Of a stretch of DNA of 64,000 bases, positions 12,209-21,176 are shown one piece after another (the first letter of the stretch is position 1; the number at the start of each line of letters is the position of its first letter). A model generated the notes under the pieces. It did no database searches and had not been told where the DNA came from. It saw only the letters and a program-made list of their open reading frames with translations. This stretch comes from Mobula hypostoma (lineage: Eukaryota), in the NCBI RefSeq assembly GCF_963921235.1, contig NC_086098.1, positions 7,874,001 through 7,938,000 on the forward strand. Reading direction: 5' to 3'. The translations under genes and the position numbers were made by a program.

Positions 12209-12613
12209 CATCTTCAAGTTAATAATTGGCTGCATATAGTTCTCCCAATGCAAAACAATAAACAGAATACACTACTAAATCATTCCGTTTCTCATGTCCT
12301 TCCTTTCATGAAAATTACAAATGTGCAAACTTTTTTACATCATGGTTGGGTTGTAGATCCATTTTTAAGCCAGCTGCTCCAAATATAACTGTCCTTAGTG
12401 CCCTGTTTGGGCGCTGGGGTGGAGATACCTCTCTGCCAAAGGAGCTGTGTCACACTGCTGGGTTTTGTTGAGGGTCATGTGCCTTTATGAAGGTGTGGAC
12501 TATAAGAATCAGACAGCAGGCACATTCATTTGCAAAGCTGTTCATTATGTGCCAGAGATGAAAAACTTTTAGAAAGGATGCAAAAAAATGGCAAAATAAC
12601 AAATGGTAAAATA

Positions 12614-13676
12614 CCTTAAATTCCTCCATATACCTGTCTAGTATTCTCTTAAACTTCACTAGTGTATCTGCCTCCACCACTGATTCAGGCAGTGCATTCC
12701 ACGCACCAACCACTCTCTGAGTGAAAAACCTTCCTCTAATATCCCCCTTGAACTTCCCACCCCTTACCTTAAAGCCATGTCCTCTTTTATTGAGCACTGG
12801 TGCCCTGGGGAAGAGGTGCTGGCTATCCACTCTATCTATTCCTCTTATTATCTTGTACACCTCTATCATGTCTCTTCTCATCCTCCTTCTCTCCAAAGAG
12901 TAAAGCCCTAGCTCCCTTAATCTCTGATCATAATGCATACTTTCTAAACCAGGCAGCATCCTGGTAAATCTCCTCTGTACCCTTTCCAATGCTTCCACAT
13001 CCTTCATATAGTGAGGCAACCAGAACTGTACACAGTACTCCAAGTGTGGCCTAACCAGAGTTTTATAGAGCTGCATCATTACATCACGACTCTTAAACTC
13101 TATCCCTCGACTTATGAAAGCTAACACCCCATAAGCTTTCTTAACTACCCTATCCACCTGTGAGGCAACTTTCAGGGATCTGTGGACATGTACCCCGAGA
13201 TCCTTCTGCTCCTCCACACTACCAAGTATCCTGCCATTTACTTTGTACTCTGCCTTGGAGTTTGTCCTTCCAAAGTGTACCACCTCACACTTCTCTGGGT
13301 TGAACTCCATCTGCCACTTCTCAGCCCACTTCTGCATCCTATCGATGTCTCTCTGCAATCTTTGACAATCCTCTACACTATCTACAATACCACCAACCTT
13401 TGTGTCGTCTGCAAACTTGCCAACCCACCCTTCTACCCCCACATCCAGGTCATTAATAAAAATCACGAAAAGTAGAGGTCCCAGAACAGATCCTTGTGGG
13501 ACACCACTAGTCACAATCCTCCAATCTGAATGTACTCCCTCCACCACGACCCTCTGCCTTCTGCAGGCAAGCCAATTCTGAATCCACTTGGCCAAACTTC
13601 CCTGGATCCCATGCCTTCTAACTTTCTGAATGTGCCTACCGTGTGGAACCTTGTCAAATGCCTTACTAAAATCCAT
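12614..13676 (-). mobile_element. Young CR1 subfamily A, 5'-truncated and lacking its 3' tail
   Basis: ORF 12450..13694 is open across DFSKAFD..GVPQG..FADDTK..YMEEFK and is near-identical to 10086-11237. Confidence 0.95.
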
Positions 13677-13679
13677 TAA

Positions 13680-14225
13680 GCCTTCACTGTTCACTGTTAC
13701 TATTGATAGTGAGGATGTGGATGTGCTGGGGACCTACAAGTACCTAGGGGTACACCTGGGTGACAGACTTGAGTAAAGCACCAACACAGATGTTGAGTAC
13801 AAGAAGAGTCAGAGTTGCATCTACTTCTTGAGGAGACCGAGATCCTTTGGAGAATGCAGGCCTCTCCTTCCCATGTTCTACCAGTCTGTTGTTGTCAGTA
13901 CGATCTTCTATACTGTGGTGTGCTGGGGCAATGGCATCAACACAGGTGATGCCAACAGACTCAATAAACTGATTAGAAAGGCTGGCTCTGTTATAGGAGT
14001 CAAACTGGCCACACTGGAGACCTTAGTAGAACAAAGGACCATCTGCAAAATCCTGGCAATTCTGGACAATATTTCTCACCCTCCGCATTTCACCTTGGCT
14101 GAACAGAGGAGCACTTTTTGTGATAGACCTAGGCGACAACGCTGCTCCAAAGAACACTATATGAGGTCATTCTTACCCTTGGCCATTAAACTCTATAATG
14201 AGTCAACCTATAGCTGGGGAAGTCA
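13680..14225 (+). mobile_element. Rex1/Babar-type LINE fragment
   Basis: YKYLGVHL upstream of ORF 13828..14331 (FYQSVVVSTIFYTVVCWGNGI..RLNKLIRKAGSVIG..SFLPLAIKLYN). Confidence 0.8.
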
Positions 14226-14646
14226 CCTAACCCCACCCCACACCGCCCCATCCTGCCTCACCCCACCTCAACTTGCCCTCACTCCCTTCCCGACTTACAT
14301 CAAAACAAACCTTTCAGTAAGGATCTCTTAACAGTCCGTGAGCCAGTAGGGTTGGTCGATACCATCTGAGGGGAATAATGCTCATAGTGATTTTTGGCAA
14401 AGTATACATCTCTCAGTACAGCAGAAAATGTTATCCCACCTCCCAAAAGGTAAAAAAAACCTCATTTGGAGAGACTTCTGGAGCTTTATCAATGTTACGA
14501 TATTTTCCATATTGTTATATCAAATCAAAACAATCTTAAGTTTTTGTCATAGCATATAGAATTACAGTACAATAATTCAAATGTGGGGTTCCACACGGCC
14601 ATAACCTAGGCCCCATTTGGTTGTAAAATGAATATATTTAATCAAA

Positions 14647-15120
14647 CACGAGGAAATCTGCAGATGCTGGAAATTCAAGCAACACATACAAAATGCTGGT
14701 GGAACGCAGCAGGCCAGGCAGCATCCATAGAAAGAAGCACAGTCGACGCTTCGGGTCGAGGCCCTCCGTCAGGACTAACTGAAAGAAGAGTTAGTAAGAG
14801 ACTTGAAAGTGGGAGGGGGAGGGGAGACCTGAAATGATAGGCGAAGACAGGAGGGGGAGGGATGAAGCCAAGAGCTGGGAAGTTGATTGGCAAAAGGGAT
14901 ACAAGGCTGGCGAAGGGAAAGTATCATAGGACGGAAGGCCTTGGAAGAAAGAAAGGGGAATGGGAGCACCAGAGGAAGATGGAGAACAGGCAAGGAGTTA
15001 TTGTGAGAGGGAAAGAGAGAAAAAAATTAGGGATGGGGTAAGAAGTTGAGGAGGGGCATTAACGGAAGTTAGAGAAATCAATGTTCATGCCATCAGTTTG
15101 GAGGCAACCCAGAGGGGAAT
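14647..15120 (-). mobile_element. PLE 3' fragment nested in the Academ element
   Basis: Minus strand encodes the GIY-YIG C-terminal LGCLQTDGMNIDFSNFR*, then a pyrimidine-rich UTR and a hammerhead-like motif; ATCAAA at 14641-14646 and 15121-15126. Confidence 0.75.
14741..14776 (-). ncRNA. Minimal type-I hammerhead ribozyme-like motif, degenerate
   Basis: Minus strand AGTC-CTGACGG-AGGG-CCTCGA-CCC-GAAG-CGTC-GACT: stems I (AGTC/GACT) and II (GGG/CCC) intact, two core substitutions. Confidence 0.6.
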
Positions 15121-15566
15121 ATCAAAGACTGCTTTCCATACTTTGTTTTCCATACTTTCATAACCTATTAATAATCATAATAATTTTCCAAGTCTTCCAC
15201 ATCTTCCACATCTTCATCTGAACTTTCTACACTCTCTGAGGTGGATGCCTGGTTCTCACAGTCTGCCAGTCTACACATGTCAGTACATCTGAGGCCATTT
15301 GCAACTCACATACATCTTGGGAGTGAACATTTTTTTGGACAGTTACAGGCCAGTAGATCCAGGATGGCATCGGGTGCTGGCTGGCCTTCCATCCAGTGCA
15401 CCACCAACTGTTCAGCTTCCTCTTCTCTCTCCATCTTCCATCCTCTGCCAACAGGGCTTGGCGCTTGTGGATCCTTCTCTTCTCCAAACATCTGCATGTA
15501 CCAGCCTGGTAGTTGGCTCACTGTGCATGTTTTGTTAAGCAGTCCTTGCATGGTGGGAGTTGATGA

Positions 15567-16958
15567 TAATAGACAATAGGTGCAGGAGTAGGCCATTCGG
15601 CCCTTCGAGCCAGCACCGCCATTCACTGTGATCATGGCTGATCATCCACGATCAGTATCCAGTTCCTGCCTTATCCCCATAACCTTTGATTCCGCTATCT
15701 TTAAGAGCTCTATCCATCTCTTTCTTGAAAGTATCCAGAGACTTGGCCTCCACAGCATTCTGGGGCAGAGCATTCCATATATCCACCACTCTCTGGGTGA
15801 AAAAGTTTTTCCTCAACTCCGTTCTAAATGGCCTACCCCTTATTCTTAAACTGTGTCTCTGGTTCTGGACTCACCCATCAGCGGGAACATGCTTCCTGCC
15901 TGCGGCGTGTCCAATCCCTTAATAATCTTATATGTTTCAATAAGATCCCCTCTCAGCCTTCTAAATTCCAGAGTATACAAGCCCAGTCGCTCCAATCTTT
16001 CAACATATGACAGTCCCGCCATCCCGGGAATTAACCTTGTGAACCTACACTGCACTCCCTCAATAGCAAGAATGTCCTTCCTCAAATTTGGAGACCAAAA
16101 CTGCACACAGTACTCCAGGTGTGGTCTCACCAGGGCCCTGTACAGCTGCAGAAGGACCTCTTTGCTCTTATACTCAATTCCCCTTGTTATGAAGGCCAGC
16201 GTACCATTAGCTTTCTTCACTGCCTGCTGTACTTACATGCTTGCTTTCAGCGACTGATGCACAAGAACACCTAGATCTCGTTGTACTTCCACTTTTCCTA
16301 ACTTGACTCCATTTAGATAATAATCTGCCTTCCTGTTCTTACCACCAAAGTGGATAACCTCACATTTATCCACATTAAACTGCATCTGCCCATTCACCCA
16401 GCCTGTACAAGTCACCCTGCATTCTCATAACATCCTCCTCACATTTCACACTGCCACCCAGCTTTGTGTCATCGGCAGATTTGTTAATGTTACTTTTAAT
16501 TCCCTCATCTAAATTATTAATATATATTGTAAACAGATGCGGTCCCAGCACTGAACCCTGCAGTACCCCACTGGTCACCGCCTGCCATTCCGAAAGGGAC
16601 CCGTTAATCGCTACTCTTTGTTTTCTGTCAGGCAGCCAATTTTCAATCCATGTCAGTACTCTGCCCCCAATACCATGTGCCCTAATTTTGCCCACTAATC
16701 TCCTATGTGGGACTTTATCAAAGGATTTCTGTAAGTCCAGGTACACTACATTCATTGGCTCTCCATTGTCTATTTCCCACCACTGACATCAGGCTAACCG
16801 GTCTATAATTCCCTGTTTACTCTCTTCCTCCCTTCTTGAAGAGAGGGACAACATTAGCCACCTTCCAATCCACAGGAACTGATCCTGAATCTATAGAACA
16901 TTGGAAAATGATTACCAATGCGTCCACGATTTCTAAAGCCACCTCCTTAAGTACTCTA
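15567..16958 (-). mobile_element. CR1 LINE, 5'-truncated, nested in the Academ ORF
   Basis: ORFs 16375..16755 and 15846..16220 carry RT and C-terminal motifs; tail at about 15567; ATGA shared by both host junctions. Confidence 0.92.
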
Positions 16959-17738
16959 TGTAATGACTTAAGTACCTTATGTAATGACTTTCGATTTCAC
17001 CTTTTTTGGCACAGAAAAGGTGATACCTGAATTCATTTACCTTGGTGGTCAATGCTTTTGGGGCACACTGGAGACATGTAAATGCCTCCAGTTTGTCCTC
17101 CAGTTCTGGGAAGAGGTCCCATTCCTGACCCAACTCTAAAAATTTGTCCTGAGTTTCCCTGTTGCTAGTCAGAAGTTTTAGGGCACTTGGCTTCCCTTTA
17201 CCTGCAAAAGCACTTACAGGGTCACATCCTGTATGTATGTACAACCCGATGAGAGCCCTACTCTATGCCAACAGTGGCAGCAACCTTCCTGCTGTTTACA
17301 AGCCTTGTACAGCTTCTAATGCCATACTTCTGGAGCAATGTGGCTTTAATCTTGTCACAAAATACTAAAGACATGATAAAGACATCTGTGTCTTCTGAGC
17401 AGATCGCTACAGATTGGTATCCCTCTCTTGTGGCATGGGCAGCATGGAGAAAGTAGACGGCCATCTGCTTCTTCTTGTTGACACTGAAGAGCTGACACCT
17501 CCTCACTGTCTTGAGATGTGATTCTGTAACATTTCTCATTCACAGCTGCATACAGAATCTTCTCCTGTAGCTTTGCTCTGTACTCCGCCTTCCACCATTC
17601 ATGGACTATGAAGCTAATGAGACTATTTTTGTTACTGACTTTGATCAGGAAGCTCCTCCACTGCCTCACCATCTGTGTGCCTGTGATACCTTGCAACTCA
17701 TGACCAGTCTCTTCACCCCATAGAGATCGTTCACTATT

Positions 17739-18079
17739 ATAACCATATAACAATTACAGCACGGAAACAGGCCATCTCGGCCCTTCTAGTCCATGCCGAA
17801 CTCTTACCCTATCCTAGTCCCACCGACCCGCACTCAGCCCATAACCCTCCATTCCTTTCCTGTCCACCTATCTATCCAATTTAACTTTAAACGACAACAT
17901 CAAACCTGCCTCAACCACTTCTGCTGGAAGCTCATTCCACACAGCTACCACTCTCTGAGTAAAGAAGTTCCCCCTCATGTTACCCCTAAATTTTTGTCCT
18001 CTAATTCTCAACCCATACCCTCTTGTTTGAATCTTCCCCACTCTCAATGGAAAAGTCTAACCACGTCAACTCTATCAAT
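17739..18079 (-). mobile_element. Short CR1 3' fragment nested in the Academ ORF
   Basis: CR1 3' end (FFTQRVVAVWNELP on the minus strand); TSD CTATT (17734-17738, 18080-18084). Confidence 0.85.
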
Positions 18080-19764
18080 CTATTCTTGATAGAGTTCTCC
18101 TTGTATGTGTCGAACTCAACATCTGTTCTGCTACTCTGACTGCCTTCCCTCAGAGCAATACCCAGAATTGTTGTGGCATCATCCCTGAAAGTAACTTGAT
18201 CACCTTTCACACTTTGGACCAAGTTCATTCCATCAACCACTGTAGCAGAGTTTCCTAGGAGTTGCTCTTTTACTGCTACATTTTTCTGCAAGGTTGTGGC
18301 TAAAGTAGCTTTATCTGCCTTTCTCAGCAATCCTTCTGGTGTGGATAGGGCCCAGGGCAATATTCCAAGGGGATGAGAAAGGATATCCTCCATACGTAGA
18401 CTGTGCCCTTGTGCCATCACTATGATGCGTCCAACCAAAGACCTGCCTGCTTTCAAGGTGATCGCCCTGGCATTTGACTTCACTTCTCTCTTCTTACACA
18501 TATCCCTGAATGTTTTCAGCTTGTTGGTTTTCATTGGGTCATGGAATTTCTTTGCTGGTGGGTCTTCCTCTAGTCTCTCATCCTTGAAGGTTTGATACTC
18601 AAAAATCTCATATGCCTTCATCAGGTCCAAGGCAATGTCCTTGGGGGCTGCCTTTGCCATAGAGATGCTAATGAGGTCCCGCTTCTCTGCAAGTGGGTTG
18701 ACCCATTCATGTATGAGGCTAACCACTGCTGAAACTGCTTCCTCATCTTTCTGGATTCTTGGCCGCCGTAGCTCCACATGACAAAGCTCTGATTTGTTGC
18801 CTTGCACCATCTCCCTTAACTGTCCCAGGAATGCACTGCAGTGCCCAGCTGTTATGTAGTAACGCTTGATAGCTCCAGCATTCAGGCTGAACCATGATGT
18901 GCCTCCAGGAGTTTGTGTGTCTTTGTTCACTGTGGCTTCAATAGCCTGGTCCACAGGGATCTGCCCAAAGGGGTTGTTACTTGACAATTGCGCTGAGAAT
19001 TGACCTGTCTTGAAGGCCTCATACACAGAAGGATTCTTCTCTGGGAGGTTCATCACGTGAGGGGACAGGTACCTGGCGTAATTCATCTTATCATAGGCAA
19101 AGCACCATGGGATCATGGTTCTTATAGCATGGGGGCGCAACTCCCAGTCCCCCTCACAGAAAGCTACCACCGCTGCAATGCTATCACATATTTTCTAGCA
19201 CTAGGGGTGTATACCTTGCCAAAAATCACTATAAGAATTATTCCCCCCAGATGGTACCGGTGGCCCAAATTTGGGTTCCTGGCTCATGGACTATTACTCT
19301 AGGAGAAAAGGGATAGTCCGTCCTTTGGAATGTGGATGAGTCGTTGCTATGAGCCTGAACAATTACACAAAAACAAAACACAGGGATTCGCATCCTTCTT
19401 CACGATCACAAATGTTCACATATACATTCCTCGGAATGAGATCACGGTGGCATTGCACAGCAAAATCAATCAACAACTGACCATCTTCCAGGGACAGTAC
19501 TCTCTTCCATCCCCCAAAATGAACTCTCCCACTGAGCCAGCACCGAGCGTGTGCCACCACAAACAGGCACCTGTTAAGACACCTCACCCATCGCTCAGGT
19601 CCCCTTCCCGAAAATGGAAGCAACAGCAAACAGGATGTGTCAAAGAACCGGAGTGTACAAGTACAAACAAAAGTGCCGATATTGTGCCTCATCATTGCGT
19701 GTGCACCTGATAATCGTAACGTCAGCACTGCCAGACAGGGATAATGAGAAATACAGGGCTACTG

Positions 19765-20150
19765 TGGGGTGGGGGGGTGGGTGGCAGACCTGCTCTCTCA
19801 CAAGGCTCAGTCCTTCCCTCTGCTAGCCTGCAGGTCACCCTTGGGCGAGGTGTTGCTCCTGCTTAGACCCCCTGATCAGGGTCACATGAAGCCATAGGAG
19901 CAGGTGGTGGATGGTCATATGAGCAGCTGGTGCAGATCACAAGTCCTGGTTATGTGACCACTGACACCAGGCAGACAATCTCTGAAGAGTATTGATAATG
20001 GCTGGGGTCACCCATCTTGTAAATACACTGCCCAGAAGAAGGCAATGGCAAACCACTTCTGCAGAAGAAATTGCCAAGAACAATCAAGACAAATGGAAGA
20101 TCAAGATCACCTACATCAATATGACACAGCAGATAATGATGATGGTGATG
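19765..20150 (+). mobile_element. RTE-related non-autonomous element
   Basis: AAGGCAATGGCAAACCAC..TTGCCAAGAA (20039-20080) is shared with the RTE 5' region at about 32672-32708; (ATG)n-like tail resembles the RTE tail at 41660-41681. Confidence 0.65.
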
Positions 20151-20231
20151 ACTGCCTGCTACATGTTGTTTTTTGAGGAAGAAGAGAAGTGAAGACCCAA
20201 ACAAAGGACTGTTCATTTCCTCAGTATGAAA

Positions 20232-20560
20232 GTACATTGGTGGCCATTTCATTAGGTACACCTGTACACCTGTTTGTGAATGCAAATATCTAATCAGCCA
20301 ATCATATAGCAGCAACTCGATGCATAAAAGCATGCAGACACGGTCAAGAGGGTCAATTGTTGTTCAGACCAAACATCAGAATGGGGAAGAAATGTGATCT
20401 AAGTGACTTTGAATATGAAATTATTGTTGGTGTCAGACAGGAGTATCTCAGAAACTGCTGATCTCCTGGAATTTTAAGTACAGTAGTGTAAAAACACATC
20501 CAGTGCGTAGTATGGGTGATAATGCCTTGTTAATGAGAGAGGTCAGAGGAGAATGGCTAG
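20232..20560 (+). mobile_element. Tc1/mariner remnant (left end and transposase N-terminus)
   Basis: GTGGCCATTTCATTAGGTACACC end; degraded MGKKCDLSDFE..SISETADLLE; homologous to 34008-34447 and 35258-35969. Confidence 0.75.
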
Positions 20561-20610
20561 ATTTTAAGTTCATTATCAAAGTTTATTATTAAGTTCATTA
20601 TCATTATGTA

Positions 20611-20830
20611 CAGTGGTGCGAGTAGGTTTGTGAACCCTGTAGGATTTTCTCTATTTCTGCATTACAGTGATTTAAAATATGATCAGATCTTCACACAAGG
20701 CCTAAAATTAGATAAAGAGAACCCAATTAAATAAATAACACAAAAAACATTATGCTTGTTCATTTATTTGTTGAGAAAAATGATCCAAGATTATATGTAT
20801 TTGTTGGAAAAAAGTATGTAAACCACTGGA
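20611..20830 (+). mobile_element. Solo long TIR of an IR/DR-type Tc1 element
   Basis: TA|CAGTGG start; outer GTTTGTGAACCC and inner GTATGTAAACC direct repeats about 190 bp apart. Confidence 0.6.
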
Positions 20831-21176
20831 GTAATGCCTTCTACATCATAATCATGATACATCAATTACCTCACCCATCCTCACCTCTTCCCTCACTTCC
20901 ATTCAGGGCACAGAACAGTCCTTCCAGTTGAGGCAACACTTCAGCTGTAAGAGTCGGAGTCACCGACTGTATCGAGTGCTCCCAAGGGGGCCTCCTCTGC
21001 ATCAGTGAGACACAACATAGATGGGGGGGTCGCTTTGCCGAACACCTTTGCTCCATCCGCATCAAGCAAGATTTCATGGTGGCCAAACATTTTAATTCCA
21101 TTCCAACATGTCTGTCCATGGCTTCCTCTACTGTCACAATGAGGCCACTCTCAGGTTGGAGGAGCAATACTTCATT

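Larger units (their letters stand above)
15168..19190 (-). pseudogene. Academ protein remnant (transposase C-terminal part, XPG/PIN-like nuclease, Cys8 finger) in three blocks
   Basis: 19170-18080 GDWEL..PWCFAYDKMNYARY..DQAIEATVNKD..VVDGM..FDTY; 17738-16984 EEADGRLL/LHAAH..SEDTDVF..HTGCDPVSAFAGKGK; 15566-15168 QLPPCKD..CNCPKKCSLPRCM*VANGLRCTDMCRLADCEN..DEDVEDVED..* with frameshifts and stops. Confidence 0.8.
14329..19296 (-). mobile_element. Academ-type (AcademX-like) DNA transposon, internally deleted, with three nested insertions
   Basis: Imperfect TIRs of about 100 bp: TAACAGTCCGTGAGCCAG..TACCATCTGAGGGGAATAAT..ATAGTGATTTTTGGCAAAGTATACA at 14329-14430 versus the reverse complement of 19190-19296; CTCT on both flanks (14325-14328, 19297-19300); XPG-like and Cys8 coding remnants inside. 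Confidence 0.8.

Noticed and set aside
10742..13475. Recurring MDMYPEI.. ORFs (also at 40075 and 45113) as a gene family
   Set aside because: They are antisense frames of the same CR1 subfamily.
18001..19170. 389-aa ORF as a host or domesticated gene
   Set aside because: It lies inside TIRs with a TSD, is cut by CR1 insertions, and the downstream blocks carry frameshifts and stops.
19199..19206. CACTAG as a CACTA/EnSpm terminus
   Set aside because: It falls at the inner edge of the TIR; the true ends are TA.. with a CTCT duplication.
19330..19740. ORFs of 126 and 121 aa in unique sequence
   Set aside because: No recognisable domain and no convincing splice boundaries.
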